In this document: piece by piece, positions 47,010-57,666 of the stretch
Position numbering within the stretch: the first letter of the stretch is position 1
Layout of the letters: each line of letters opens with the position of its first letter
Source of the DNA: Deltaproteobacteria bacterium
GTDB taxonomy: Bacteria; Myxococcota_A; UBA9160; JAJDAL01
Direction: 5' to 3'
Length of the DNA: 64,000 nucleotides
Assembly: GCA_029261875.1 (NCBI GenBank)
Contig: JAJDAL010000003.1
Coordinates: forward strand, 58,815-122,814
Made by a program: the position numbers and the translations under genes
The notes under the pieces: model-generated
What the model was told of the DNA's origin: nothing
What the model saw: only the letters and a program-made list of their open reading frames with translations
Databases searched by the model: none

Positions 47010-48131
47010 TCAGAAGGATCTCGTTGCGATCGTGCGCAGACAGTCTCGGTAGCTCTCGAGCATGTGTTCCTGCCCGTGTTCGCGCGTAACGCGCGCGTGC
47101 GCGCGATCCGCCAACGCGCGACCCAATTCGGGTGAATCGAGCAGACGCCCGACCGCGTTTGCGAATTCGGAAACCGACGGATCGGCAGCGGATCGGCAGG
47201 GAACCAGCAACCCCTCGCTTTCGGACGCGATCATGTCGCCGATGCCACCGACTGCGGGCGCGACGATGGGGACGCGCGCCGCCTGGGCTTCGAGGAGGGC
47301 CAGGGGCGAGGCTTCGAAGCGGGAACTGCAGACGTAAACGTCGAACTCCCGCAGCAGGGCGGGGATGTCGTCACGCGCGCCGAGCAGGTGAACGTGGGGT
47401 GCGACCGCGAGTCGCGTGGCGGATTGCTCCAGTGCTTCGCGCTCGGGGCCTTCGCCCGCGATGGCGAGATGCAGGTCCGGGTAGCGGGGGAGGAGTTCGG
47501 CCACCAGTTGGATCAGGAGCTGGTGATTCTTGACTTGGTGGAGGCGGCCGACACTTCCCACGACGCGGGCGCGGGCGGGAATGCCGAATGCGCGGAGCCG
47601 CCGCCGCCCCTGGCTCGGTGGGGCCGGTGCCGGGTTGCAATCGATGCCGTTGGGGATGATCTGGATATCCCCGTGCAGGCCATCGATGTCCCGAAGCCCG
47701 TCTGCGACGGCGTTGGAAACCGCGGTCACGCCATTTACGCGTCCCCCGAAAAGGCGGTTGAAGATTCGCTTCGAGAAGCTCACGCGATCCTCGATGCCGT
47801 GTTCCGTGTAGAGCAGTGGCGTCGGGCGCAGCAGTCCCGCGAGGATCCCGTAGAAGAGGGCGGGGCGCTGATGGGCGTGGATCACATCGATCCGCCGGCG
47901 TCGCAGCAGTCGCGCCAAGCGCCATACCACGGAAACGTCGAAGCCCGGACGCCGATGGAGCACGATCGTCTCGATACCCTCTGCGCGCAAGCGCTCGCCG
48001 AGGCGACCCCGTTCGTCCAAACAGAAGACTTCCACGGCGATTTCGTCGTCGGCCAAGTGGCGCGCGAGTTGTGCCACCACGGATTCGGCTCCGCCGATCT
48101 GCAGGTGATGGATCAGCAGCGCGACCTTCAC
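47010..48131 (-). CDS. GT4 glycosyltransferase
   Basis: GTGA overlap with the upstream gene; IGGAE, GSVGRL..KNH, EASPLALLEA. Confidence 0.9.
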   Translation of the reverse strand: MKVALLIHHLQIGGAESVVAQLARHLADDEIAVEVFCLDERGRLGERLRAEGIETIVLHRRPGFDVSVVWRLARLLRRRRIDVIHAHQRPALFYGILAGLLRPTPLLYTEHGIEDRVSFSKRIFNRLFGGRVNGVTAVSNAVADGLRDIDGLHGDIQIIPNGIDCNPAPAPPSQGRRRLRAFGIPARARVVGSVGRLHQVKNHQLLIQLVAELLPRYPDLHLAIAGEGPEREALEQSATRLAVAPHVHLLGARDDIPALLREFDVYVCSSRFEASPLALLEAQAARVPIVAPAVGGIGDMIASESEGLLVPCRSAADPSVSEFANAVGRLLDSPELGRALADRAHARVTREHGQEHMLESYRDCLRTIATRSF

Positions 48132-50707
48132 CACAGCTCCCGGCGGTAGAGCCGCTTCCAGGTGGATCGGCGAAGCAGTGTTCCCAGCAGACGCGCCAGT
48201 CCGGCCGGGGTCCGAACCGCCGCCCGCGCACGCTCGCGTTGGGGGACGAACCGAACGGGATCGGGCCAGGCGGGAGACGGCGGTCCAGCGCTTTCGCGAA
48301 GGGGCCGCTCGAGCAAGGCGGGGTATTGGGAACCGTTGGCCATCAGGACCGCCATGGGTCGCGTGTGGGTACAGGAATCGAACCCCGAGAGCGACTCGAG
48401 AGATTGGCGGTAGAAGAATTCGGCGCGTTCGGAGAAGCGCGCCCTTTGGGTGCTCGAGCCGTAGTAGGCCGCGTAGGCGAAAACGCTGCTCTTGCGGATG
48501 TCCTGGGCGGGCCAACTCTCGGTGGGGAAATCGACTTCGTCGAAGCGAGACGCGATGGGGGTCTCGCGATCCACCATCCATTCGGCGTAGTGGAGCAATG
48601 CGTCCCTCGCGTAGCAGAACGCGGCATCGGTCTCGTCTCGCTCGTCCTTGAAGTCCAGGTAGCGCCCGAGGGCCTGCAGGAAAACCACGTAGGACCAACG
48701 CCGCTCGATGTCGTGCAACTTCATGCCTTCGATGTCGTCGCGCGGGTGGATGCAGCGCTGCAGAATCGTCTCGGCCGCGTCGACGTAGGTTCGGTCGCTC
48801 GTCAATCGAAACGCATCCAGGAGCGCGAGGATCGAGTTGCCCGCCCCGCGTCCCGGTCCGTGAAAACCGTCTTCGCGGGTCCTCGAGGCCCATCCCGTAG
48901 GGCCCGGGGCGAGTCCGGCCAACAGACTCTGGGATCCATCGTCCATGCGGCGCACCCAATCGGCCAACTGGATCACCGTCGTCCTTGCGTCCGGGTCGCC
49001 CGTCATGAGGAAAAAATGGAGCAATCCCGTGGTGTAGTTGTGTTCGTTGGACGGTCCGCCTCCGTAACGGCGCGCCCGGGCGGCCTCGGGGCAATCCGCC
49101 GTGTAGCTTCGATGGCTCGAACGCTCGGCGTCCTGGTAGTGGACCGTGTGCCAGAACATGCCGCCGGCGATGGAGGGCTTGTCGTTTTCGGTGTGGTAGA
49201 TGTCGATGTCGATCACGTGCCGTGCCAGGTCGCGCGCCAGTGGGAACCAACGGGGATCCGAGGTTCTCGCGAATTGCGCGAGGAAACCCAGGATCATGTC
49301 GTATTGGTTGTTGTAGTGGGAGATGATCGGCTTGGGACCTTCGAAATAGGCTTGCTCGTGATCTGCCCAGACGTCGCCGAAATTGCGCCATCCGTATTCG
49401 TCGATCACTTCGCGCTTCGCGGCGAAGGAGTCCGTGCCTTCCACGCCGTGCGCAACGAGTGCGCGAAAGGGGGATTCCGGCGGCGGTTCTGCGCTGAAGA
49501 GCGCCGTCGCGCTGGTGCTCGCATAGTGATCGGTCGGCAGAACCGGAACGACCGGATCGAACACCCAGCCGAGGTCCTCGTGTTCGTCGAGCGAGATCCA
49601 CACCGTTCGCGTCGTCTTCTCGCCCCCCTGCAACTCGACGGTTGCAGGCTGTTGAGTTGGGAAGAAACCGATCCGAAGGGTTTCGGCATCGGCCTCGAGC
49701 GAATGCGGGAACGATTGCCAGAAATTGGGAATGGCCGCACGCAGCGCATTGGGCTCCGCGCCGTGTCGAACCACGGGGTGGGGACGCGCGACACTTTCCT
49801 CGCGCCCGTCGACGCGGACGCGGCAACCCGCGAAGGGAAGCGGGACGCGTCCCGCGCAATCCAGGTGGGCACGACTGTCCCAATTCGGTCCGCCACTCGA
49901 GGCTTGGTCGATCTCCAGGCGGGACGCGGTCCGCCACGCGGCACCGGTCTCGAGTCTCCAGGCGATTTCCCGATCCGATGGGTCCGGGCATCGCAGGGTC
50001 CAGACCAGGCTTCGGATTCGAATCGAGCCCGGGTCGCCCAGATCCCAGACGCCGCCCGGGTGCGAGGCCGGTCTTGGATTGTGGAGCGTGATGTCGCAGC
50101 GGACGCTCGAAGACGCGCGGAAAAACGTCAATCGCGCGAGGAACCGACACAGGGGATCTGCGGTTGCCGCCTGGGCTCGAAAACTCCCGCGGGCGACGAG
50201 CGTCGTGCGCAGGGGGCCACTCGCTTCGATCTCCCAGCGGTCGAAATCGCCGCGGTGCGCGACCCCCTCCGCGTCTTCGAGGCAAAGGTCCGATTCCCCG
50301 ATGCGGCTCGGCGAATTCGCCGGCACGTGGATGGAAGCGATGGGTTGGAGGCAACCCACGGGAAGGTGAAAGAGAGCCGAGCCGGTATCGATCGACTGGC
50401 TGCCGTCCGCCAGGCTCCGCGCCATGCTTTCGGCCGTCGCTGCGGCGGCCTTTCGGATGCGCAATTGCGTTGGGTCACCGGGATTCGCCCAACCTTCGAG
50501 CAAGATCCAACGCGGATCGCCCGAGGGCCAGGTCTCGAGGATTCGGGCCTGAATCGCGCGTCGCTGGCCCGAATCGTCCTCCACGCCGAGGGTTTCGCCC
50601 GCCTTCAAGATTCCTTTGGGCAGCGGGACGCCGACGGCGAAGGGGCCTCGGGGCTCGCTCCCCGACGCCGTGAGGAGGCGGAGACTCAGATCGAAAGGGG
50701 CGTCCAT
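48128..50707 (-). CDS. Large protein resembling PcRGLX/YetA (exo-rhamnogalacturonan lyase-like)
   Basis: GVPLPKG..ETWPSGDPRW N-terminus, ELQGGEK, YGWRNFGD, NNQYD, ARHVIDID motifs. Confidence 0.65.
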   Translation of the reverse strand: MDAPFDLSLRLLTASGSEPRGPFAVGVPLPKGILKAGETLGVEDDSGQRRAIQARILETWPSGDPRWILLEGWANPGDPTQLRIRKAAAATAESMARSLADGSQSIDTGSALFHLPVGCLQPIASIHVPANSPSRIGESDLCLEDAEGVAHRGDFDRWEIEASGPLRTTLVARGSFRAQAATADPLCRFLARLTFFRASSSVRCDITLHNPRPASHPGGVWDLGDPGSIRIRSLVWTLRCPDPSDREIAWRLETGAAWRTASRLEIDQASSGGPNWDSRAHLDCAGRVPLPFAGCRVRVDGREESVARPHPVVRHGAEPNALRAAIPNFWQSFPHSLEADAETLRIGFFPTQQPATVELQGGEKTTRTVWISLDEHEDLGWVFDPVVPVLPTDHYASTSATALFSAEPPPESPFRALVAHGVEGTDSFAAKREVIDEYGWRNFGDVWADHEQAYFEGPKPIISHYNNQYDMILGFLAQFARTSDPRWFPLARDLARHVIDIDIYHTENDKPSIAGGMFWHTVHYQDAERSSHRSYTADCPEAARARRYGGGPSNEHNYTTGLLHFFLMTGDPDARTTVIQLADWVRRMDDGSQSLLAGLAPGPTGWASRTREDGFHGPGRGAGNSILALLDAFRLTSDRTYVDAAETILQRCIHPRDDIEGMKLHDIERRWSYVVFLQALGRYLDFKDERDETDAAFCYARDALLHYAEWMVDRETPIASRFDEVDFPTESWPAQDIRKSSVFAYAAYYGSSTQRARFSERAEFFYRQSLESLSGFDSCTHTRPMAVLMANGSQYPALLERPLRESAGPPSPAWPDPVRFVPQRERARAAVRTPAGLARLLGTLLRRSTWKRLYRRELW

Positions 50708-50755
50708 CGGGTCGCAGTGTAGAGAAAGTCGAGTGACCCTTGTTCCGTCGTCGCG

Positions 50756-51910
50756 ATGGTGCAAAGTGTGCCCGTGGCGACGCTTCTCTTGAGCGAGAAT
50801 TTCCCCCCGACTGTGGGAGGAACTGCGCGCTGGTTCCACGAACTCTACCGCCGCGCGGCGGACGTTCGCGTCGTGGCGGGCGAACACCCGACGTCGCGGG
50901 ACTTCGACGCAATTTGCGCACTCCCGGTGACGCGAATCCCCCTGCGCTTTGCCGATCTCGGTGTGTTGGGATGGACGGGATTGAGCCGCTATTGGGAAGC
51001 GCGCCGGCGTCTCAGCGCGTCGGTGGCGTTGTCGAGCTTCGACTGGATCCACTGTGGTCGCCTGCTGCCCGAGGGCTTTATCGCCCAATCGACCGGTCGT
51101 CCCTTCGGCTGCTTCGTCCACGGAGAGGAGTTGAACACAGCGTCGACGTCTCGCCAGTTGGCCTGGATGGCGCGACGCGTGTTGCGCAAGTCGGCGTTCG
51201 TCGTGGCAAACAGTCACCACACGGAACGACTACTCCGCAGCGCCTGGAACGTAGAGGAAGACCGGGTTGCGGTTCTGCATCCGGGCGTCGATGCCCAGCA
51301 ATTCACGCCCGCCTCCGCGGATGCGCTGGCGCGCGAGCGTTTGGGTTGGTCCGATCGGTTGGTGATCCTCACGGTCGGGCGACTTCAAGCGCGCAAGGGA
51401 CACGATCGTTTGATCGAGTCCCTCGGCGCGCTGCGCGACCGATTCCCCCACGTGCTGTACGCGATTCTCGGCGCGGGGGAAGAGGAACCCGCACTGCGCG
51501 CGTTGGTTCGTAGACTGGGGTTGTCGGAGTCGGTCCGCTTCCACGGTGAGGTCGACGACGTGACGCTTCTCGCGGCGTACCAACAATGCGACTTGTTCGC
51601 GTTGCCGAACCGCGTGGTGGATGGAGATTTCGAGGGCTTTGGCATGGTGATTCTGGAGGCCCAGGCGTGTGGAAAATGCGTGGTGGCGGGGAATTCCGGC
51701 GGGACCGCCGAGGCCCTCTCCAACCACGAGAGCGGCGAGCTACTGGAGGCGGACAGCGCGTCTTGTCTCGCGGAGGGAATCGGGACGTTGCTGTTGGACC
51801 CGGAGCGTCGCCGCCGCATGGGCGAGCGCGGTCGCGCCTTCGTCCTCGAGAAATTCGACTTCAATCGGGTGTCGGAACGCGCCGTCGGTGTCCCGGGACT
51901 TCGCTTCTAA
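50756..51910 (+). CDS. GT4 glycosyltransferase
   Basis: ENFPPTVGG, TVGRLQARKG, EGFGMVILEA. Confidence 0.92.
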   Translation: MVQSVPVATLLLSENFPPTVGGTARWFHELYRRAADVRVVAGEHPTSRDFDAICALPVTRIPLRFADLGVLGWTGLSRYWEARRRLSASVALSSFDWIHCGRLLPEGFIAQSTGRPFGCFVHGEELNTASTSRQLAWMARRVLRKSAFVVANSHHTERLLRSAWNVEEDRVAVLHPGVDAQQFTPASADALARERLGWSDRLVILTVGRLQARKGHDRLIESLGALRDRFPHVLYAILGAGEEEPALRALVRRLGLSESVRFHGEVDDVTLLAAYQQCDLFALPNRVVDGDFEGFGMVILEAQACGKCVVAGNSGGTAEALSNHESGELLEADSASCLAEGIGTLLLDPERRRRMGERGRAFVLEKFDFNRVSERAVGVPGLRF

Positions 51911-51917
51911 GCGCGCC

Positions 51918-52874
51918 ATGAAGATATCCTTCGTCATTCCCGTCGCGGAACACATCGAGTGGCTTGCGGATTGCTTGCGGGCGATCGAAGTCAGTGGGAA
52001 GGCCGCATGTGAAGTGATCCTCGTGTGCAGTGGGGAGACGGATCGCGGTGCGAGCCTGGGGCGTCAGTGGGGAGCCAGCGTGGTGAACGCGCCCGTGGGC
52101 GCCAACCCGGCGACTGCGCGAAACGCGGGGGCAAAGGCCGCTTCCGGCGATTGGCTTGCCTTCGTCGACTCCGACGTGATCGTGGCACAGGACTGGGTGA
52201 CCGTCCTGAACAGCTGGGAGGGCAAGGACGCCGCCGCGGTCGGTGCTCCCTTTCGCGCGCCTCGGGAATCGACCTGGGTCCAACGCGCGTTTTGCTGGAT
52301 GCGAACCGGCGGCGATGCGGTCGAACCTTCTCCCTGGTTGCCGGGAGGAAACATGGCGGTGGCCTCCGATGTTTTCGAAGCAGTCGGCGGCTTCGACCCG
52401 CGCCTCGATACCTGCGAGGACGTGGATCTGTCCCTGCGAATTCGCCGTCGCGGCGACGCGGTCTGGAGCGATCCGAATCTCCGGGCGGAACACCGGGGCG
52501 ACGCGCCGACTCTGGCGGCGTTGTTTCGCGCGGAACTGTGGCGCGGCAAAGATGCACTGGCCGTAACGCGTCGACATTGGCGCGAGGGGCGAGAGCTGCG
52601 CAGCGGCGTTCTACCCATTCTGCATTGGCTGTTGTTCGCTGCCGCGCTGCTCTTCGTGGGTGTTGGTAAGCCGGGAATCGCGTTGGCGAGTCTGGCTCCC
52701 CTGGTCGCGATCTGGTGCGTCCATGCCGCCCGAATGCTGCGGCGCGCGGAAGTTCCGGGAATACGAAGTCTGGCCGCTGCCCTGGCGGTTGCGTGCACGT
52801 ACCACGTCGCCCGGGCTGCGGCCCCGTTGCGCAAGTCCGGTTACCACCGGGATCCGAAGGAGCCCGGGGCATGA
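51918..52874 (+). CDS. GT2 glycosyltransferase
   Basis: ISFVIP, ARNAG, FVDSD, GGFD..CEDVDLSLR; C-terminal TMs. Confidence 0.92.
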   Translation: MKISFVIPVAEHIEWLADCLRAIEVSGKAACEVILVCSGETDRGASLGRQWGASVVNAPVGANPATARNAGAKAASGDWLAFVDSDVIVAQDWVTVLNSWEGKDAAAVGAPFRAPRESTWVQRAFCWMRTGGDAVEPSPWLPGGNMAVASDVFEAVGGFDPRLDTCEDVDLSLRIRRRGDAVWSDPNLRAEHRGDAPTLAALFRAELWRGKDALAVTRRHWREGRELRSGVLPILHWLLFAAALLFVGVGKPGIALASLAPLVAIWCVHAARMLRRAEVPGIRSLAAALAVACTYHVARAAAPLRKSGYHRDPKEPGA

Positions 52875-53989
52875 CGGTTCGCGTCCTCGAATTGCGCGCG
52901 GCTACGGGGCAGGGCGGGGGACCCGAGAAGACCATCTCGTTGGGGGCTGCGCGCGCACGGCGTGCGCAGGTTTCGATTTGTTATCTGGTACCACGCTCCA
53001 TGGAATCCTTTTGGCCGCGCGAATACGCCGCGGCGCACTCGCTCGACTACACGGAAATCGCCGAAGGCAGCGGCTTCGCGCTGGAGACCTGGAGGCAATT
53101 GCGCGGACTCGTGGCGAGTCGGGGAATTCAGATCGTCCACGCGCACGATTACAAGACCGATTTACTCGCCTTCGCGCTCGCGCGTACGGATTCGGTGGTT
53201 CCCATGTCGACTGCCCACGGCTTTACCGGGCACACCTGGCGAGAGCGCGCACTGTACTACCCGGTCGAACGCCGCCTACTGGCGACGTTTTCCCAAGTGA
53301 TCGCCGTCTCGGAGGAGATTCGCGAGCAGCTGATTCGTGCCGGGGCGAAACCGGAGCGCGTCGAGACACTCCTGAACGGGGTCGATCCGGACGACTTCTG
53401 CCCGGATGCGGTCGCCCGGCGCGGGATGCGCGCCGAGCTGGATCTCACGGATTCGGACTTCGCGTTGGGAACCCTCGGCCGGATCGAACCCCAGAAGCGG
53501 ATCGACCAACTCATCGATGGTTTCTGTGTTCTCCACCGCCGACACCCAACGTTGCGCCTGGTCGTGGCGGGGGACGGGAGTCTTCGCCGCGCCATGATCG
53601 CGCGCGCGCGAAATGCGGGCGTCCTCGAAGCATGCCGATTCCTGGGGCATCGCGACGACGCGGCGCAGGTGCTGCGCGCCCTCGATGCTTTCGTTTCGAC
53701 CTCCGACTACGAGGGATCCTCGAACGCACTGCTCGAGGCGATGGCGACACAACTTCCCGTGGTGGCGACCCGTGTCGGTGCGGCACCTGCTCTGATTCGC
53801 CATGGCGTCGACGGTTGGTTGGTCCCCGCAGGTTCGGCGGCGGGGATTCGGGGTGCGGTAACCCAAGTGGTGATGAACCGAAAGCTCGCGGGGGAACGTG
53901 CTCGATCCGCGCGCGATCGGGTGGTTTCCCGTTTTTCTTTCGATCGGCGCTTGGAGCGCTTGGAGGCGATCTACGAACGTCTCGCGTAG
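52871..53989 (+). CDS. GT4 glycosyltransferase
   Basis: GGGPEKT, HAHDYKTD, EGSSNALLEAMA; ATGA overlap. Confidence 0.92.
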   Translation: MTVRVLELRAATGQGGGPEKTISLGAARARRAQVSICYLVPRSMESFWPREYAAAHSLDYTEIAEGSGFALETWRQLRGLVASRGIQIVHAHDYKTDLLAFALARTDSVVPMSTAHGFTGHTWRERALYYPVERRLLATFSQVIAVSEEIREQLIRAGAKPERVETLLNGVDPDDFCPDAVARRGMRAELDLTDSDFALGTLGRIEPQKRIDQLIDGFCVLHRRHPTLRLVVAGDGSLRRAMIARARNAGVLEACRFLGHRDDAAQVLRALDAFVSTSDYEGSSNALLEAMATQLPVVATRVGAAPALIRHGVDGWLVPAGSAAGIRGAVTQVVMNRKLAGERARSARDRVVSRFSFDRRLERLEAIYERLA

Positions 53990-55176
53990 GAGACGCCGGG
54001 TTCGTGTACGACTTCGAGCAGGTCCTCCAACCGGTCTTTCCAGAGGTAGCGGTCCACCGCCGCGCGTCGCGCGTTCTCGCCGAGATTCCTTCGCCAGGCT
54101 GCATTCTGCAACAAACTTACGATGTGGTTGCACCACTCGTCCGGTGTGTTGGCTTCGAGAACTTCCTGGTCGATCTTGAGGTCGAGACCCGCCAGGGCCG
54201 CCCGGGAAGCGATCATCGCCTTCCCCATCGCCATGGCTTCGAGGACTTTGTTCTGGACCCCGCGGGCCGTCTGGAGCGGAGCGACCGCAATCTGGGATGC
54301 CCCGAGTTCCGGACGCACATCGCTCAGTTCGCCCGTGACGCGGATGCCGGGTAGTCGCGCGAGATTCCTCACCCGCCAAGTGGGGGAACGTCCGATGATG
54401 CAAAATTTTGCACGGGGCCAGCGGCGCAAGATCGCGGGCCAGACCTCCTGGGCGAACCAGCAAACCGCTTCGCTGTTGGGCGCATAGCTCATGGTTCCGG
54501 TGAAGGCGATGGAGGCCGGACTCGGGGGCGCGGAGATCGGCGCAAAGTAATCGACATCGACGCCGTTCTGGACCACGCGCACGGGGGCCGGATTCAATCC
54601 CGACAAACGGGCCTCGGGTTCGGTGGCGAAAATGACGGCGTCGCACTGGTTGGCCGCATAGTCCTCGAGGGAACGAACGGCACGCGCTTCGCGTCGGCAG
54701 ATCCATCGCATGGGACCGCGCGCTTTGGCGGCAAAGGTGGACCACTTGAGGCTGTCGACGTCGACCAAATCGATCAGATGTCGCTCGGCGGGAATTCGCA
54801 CGAGTTGACGAACGGTACTGGCTCCATATCCGAACGCGACCTCGAAGGGTCGGATCCGGGATTGTTCGAGCGCGCGCTCGCCCACTTCGGTCTTGGCGAA
54901 GAACGCTTCGGTGACCGAGCGCCCGGCAGAAACGCGCGCGGCCACGCGCGCCCAACTCCGAGGGTGATAATCGTCCACCAGGATCACCTGCTCGCAATCG
55001 GCTTCGAGCGATTTCGCGGCGCGACGATCCGCACGGCTACGCGCAACGGTGGCAAGCGTTACGTCGAACTGGGTCGCCAGGGAGCGAAGTTCGTGCAGCG
55101 CACGGATCCGATCTCCTCGATTGGGGGGGAACGGAACCCGATGGGTCAGGAATAGCAATCTCGGTTTTCGATTCAT
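53971..55176 (-). CDS. PEP-CTERM/exosortase-A-associated glycosyltransferase (TIGR03087-like)
   Basis: LFLTHRVPFPPNRGDRIR, DLVDVDSLKW, FTGTMSYAPN, ARGVQNKVLEAMA. Confidence 0.88.
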   Translation of the reverse strand: MNRKPRLLFLTHRVPFPPNRGDRIRALHELRSLATQFDVTLATVARSRADRRAAKSLEADCEQVILVDDYHPRSWARVAARVSAGRSVTEAFFAKTEVGERALEQSRIRPFEVAFGYGASTVRQLVRIPAERHLIDLVDVDSLKWSTFAAKARGPMRWICRREARAVRSLEDYAANQCDAVIFATEPEARLSGLNPAPVRVVQNGVDVDYFAPISAPPSPASIAFTGTMSYAPNSEAVCWFAQEVWPAILRRWPRAKFCIIGRSPTWRVRNLARLPGIRVTGELSDVRPELGASQIAVAPLQTARGVQNKVLEAMAMGKAMIASRAALAGLDLKIDQEVLEANTPDEWCNHIVSLLQNAAWRRNLGENARRAAVDRYLWKDRLEDLLEVVHEPGVSYARRS

Positions 55177-55232
55177 CGCGATGTGGGGCATTCTATCACG
55201 AGCGCAGGCGGCACGATCCCGCCGGGAGGCGT

Positions 55233-56561
55233 ATGGAGATCGTTGCTGCCGTTCCGAGCGGAGTGATCTGGGGGCTGATCCTCGTAGCGGTCCTCGTCTC
55301 ACTGCGGTTTCCGGTCGCGGGGATCGGGATCTATCTTTGGCTGGATTTCATGCGCCCCCACGATTTCGATCCCGCGTTGCGCGCGTTCCGGCCCATGCTC
55401 TGGGTGGGGATCGCGTTGTTGGTGGGCGGCGCGTGGCAGCGACGGAAGCGCCTTTTCGAGGACTTTCGGCGCTTCTTGCCCCTCGCTGCGCTGTTCGCCG
55501 CTGTCGCGGTGTCGGCCCTCTTCAGCGAAGATCGCGCCGCCGGAGCGGCCATTCTGTTGCAGGTTCTCAAGCTCACGGCCTTCATCTGGGTGGTTGCCGG
55601 CGTCTTGCACACCCGTGGGCAATGGGAAGCGATCGTTTGGGTGATCGCAGTGTCGATCGGTGGATTGGCGCTCTACGGAATCTACGAGGGCCATCGGCTC
55701 GAAATGATGGAGCACGCTTTCCACTACGACCGCGTCATCGAAGGTCCACCGGGGATCCACGACGGTGCGTATCGCGACAACAACGATCTGGCGCGCATCG
55801 TGAGTCTCTCACTTCCCCTGTGGTGCCTGTTGGCGTGGGTGTCGCGCCCGCGGATCCTACGCGGGGTCGCCGCTGCGGGCGCACTGCTTGCGGTGGTGGG
55901 GATCGAGTACACGTTTTCCCGCGGTGGATTCGTCGCGATGGCCATCGGGGCGACGATCGTGGCCGTCGGCTACCTCCCACGCGGGCGCGCCGCCGCGTTT
56001 CTCGCCGTGTTCTTCGGGGCGCTCTTTCTGTTGTCCCCCCAGCCCTACGTCGATCGAATCGCCACCATCGCGCGTCCGTTGCAAGATCCCGCCATGCAGA
56101 CCCGCCTGAAGATCTGGGCTCGCGCCTCGGACGATATCCGGGAGGAACCGATCCACGGACATGGGCCCGGTGTCTTCGACGAACTGTATGCCCCCATTCC
56201 CACCGAAAGGGAGACCGAGGCGGGCGCACAACCCGCGGAGGAAGATGAACTCGGAAAACGGTCTTCCCACAATCTGTTCCTCGAGGCGCTGGCGGATCTC
56301 GGATTGTTGGGTTTCGCGGCCTTCCTCTGGGTCATCGTCGCGGCGGTGGTCTTGCTGTGGCGAATCGGTCGCTTCGGCGCTGCGCGCGACGCGTGGAATC
56401 GTCAGGCCGCGATTGCGATCGGGGCCTCCCTCGCGGCCTTCCTCGGCGCCAGCATGTTGTTGAGCGGTCCGTATCGCTCGCCCCATTATGTGTTGATCGC
56501 ACTCATTTTCGCGCTCGAACGGATCGTGATGGGTCGATCCATCGATCGTAGAGCGCCGTGA
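55233..56561 (+). CDS. O-antigen ligase/O-glycosylation ligase-like membrane protein
   Basis: Multi-TM; RPH, DNNDLA, TFSRGG, RLKIW, SHNLFLEALADLG. Confidence 0.88.
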   Translation: MEIVAAVPSGVIWGLILVAVLVSLRFPVAGIGIYLWLDFMRPHDFDPALRAFRPMLWVGIALLVGGAWQRRKRLFEDFRRFLPLAALFAAVAVSALFSEDRAAGAAILLQVLKLTAFIWVVAGVLHTRGQWEAIVWVIAVSIGGLALYGIYEGHRLEMMEHAFHYDRVIEGPPGIHDGAYRDNNDLARIVSLSLPLWCLLAWVSRPRILRGVAAAGALLAVVGIEYTFSRGGFVAMAIGATIVAVGYLPRGRAAAFLAVFFGALFLLSPQPYVDRIATIARPLQDPAMQTRLKIWARASDDIREEPIHGHGPGVFDELYAPIPTERETEAGAQPAEEDELGKRSSHNLFLEALADLGLLGFAAFLWVIVAAVVLLWRIGRFGAARDAWNRQAAIAIGASLAAFLGASMLLSGPYRSPHYVLIALIFALERIVMGRSIDRRAP

Positions 56562-57666
56562 GCTTCTCGATCTGTCGATCGAGAGAGAATCGGCGGGCCG
56601 CACGGCTTTGCGCGGCGTCCCCCATACGCTGACGCAACTGGGGTTGCGCGAGCAGGCGGCTCACCGCCGACGCGAGTTCGTCCGCGTCGCCTGGGGGGGT
56701 GAGTAGACCGGTCTCTCCGTGAATCGTGATTTCGGGAATCCCTCCGACGCGGGTGGCTACCACCGGGCGCCCGGCATGGGCGGCCTCCATGGCGACGTTG
56801 CCGAAGGGTTCGACCCGAGAGGGCATGCAGACCAGATCACAGGCGCGGAGCAGGCTGCGGATGTCGTCCCGCTGGCCGAGGAAGCGAACGCATCGCGCGA
56901 CGCCGAGCGCTGCCGCACGCGCCTCCATGCGGTCTCGGTAGCTGGGACCCGGACTCCGATCGTCTCCGACGGCCAGAAAAACCGCCTCCGGAAATTCGGC
57001 GCGGATCCGACTCGCCATGACGAGGTATTCGTCTACGCCCTTGTCGGCGATGACACGGCCAAAGAATCCGATCAATGGCGTATCTGCCCGGAGCCCCAAT
57101 GCAGCGCGTTCCGCTTCCACCCGATCCGTCGGGAGCGAGAACGGTTCCAACCCGTTGTGAATCGCAGAGCTGTTGGATGCCGAGAAAACATCCGGAACGC
57201 TTTCGATCGCCCAGCGTTGCGTGAACTCGGAGGGAAAGATCGCGTGGTCGAAGCCGGACTTCAGCTGCCAGCGAAGACCCGCTGCCGCGTAGCTGAATTG
57301 AACCGAGCAGATTCGTGGAATTCGCAGCCAGCGCGCCGCAAGGCCTGGCGCGGGATAAGCGGGCGAATCGTTTACATGCAGCAACTGTGTTGCGTCCTTG
57401 CGCATGCTCGACATCAAGCGCGCTACCGATCCGAAGAAGGGAAACGGGAATCGCTTGCTCGGCGGAGGCATCGACAAGTGGGCGCAAGAGATCCCGGCCG
57501 AAGCCAGGTTCGCGAGGTACGGCCCCTGCTGCTGCCCGATGACGTGCGGTGAATACGGCGCCGGCAATGACCGAACGATGCGCATCAATGCCGTTTCGGC
57601 GCCGCCCACGACGGCGCTCTGGGTCACATAGGTGACTCCGCGTCGACTGCCGTCTCGCCTAGCCAC
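56503..57666 (-). CDS. GT4 glycosyltransferase
   Basis: GGAE, FGRV..KG, EPFGNVAMEA, GGIPEI; GTG 57666 overlaps the upstream stop. Confidence 0.88.
   Translation of the reverse strand: MARRDGSRRGVTYVTQSAVVGGAETALMRIVRSLPAPYSPHVIGQQQGPYLANLASAGISCAHLSMPPPSKRFPFPFFGSVARLMSSMRKDATQLLHVNDSPAYPAPGLAARWLRIPRICSVQFSYAAAGLRWQLKSGFDHAIFPSEFTQRWAIESVPDVFSASNSSAIHNGLEPFSLPTDRVEAERAALGLRADTPLIGFFGRVIADKGVDEYLVMASRIRAEFPEAVFLAVGDDRSPGPSYRDRMEARAAALGVARCVRFLGQRDDIRSLLRACDLVCMPSRVEPFGNVAMEAAHAGRPVVATRVGGIPEITIHGETGLLTPPGDADELASAVSRLLAQPQLRQRMGDAAQSRAARRFSLDRQIEKLTALYDRWIDPSRSVRARK

Noticed and set aside
47010-50354. 1114-aa ORF suggesting a giant GT fusion
   Set aside because: The N-terminal ~740 aa is an Arg/Pro-rich off-frame shadow of the 48128..50707 gene; the real GT starts near 48131.
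47816-50722. Long antisense ORFs (also 23414..25567, 33420..35228, 5534..7081, 10408..12105, 16739..18979)
   Set aside because: Typical high-GC shadow frames overlapping motif-supported genes, with no recognisable motifs.
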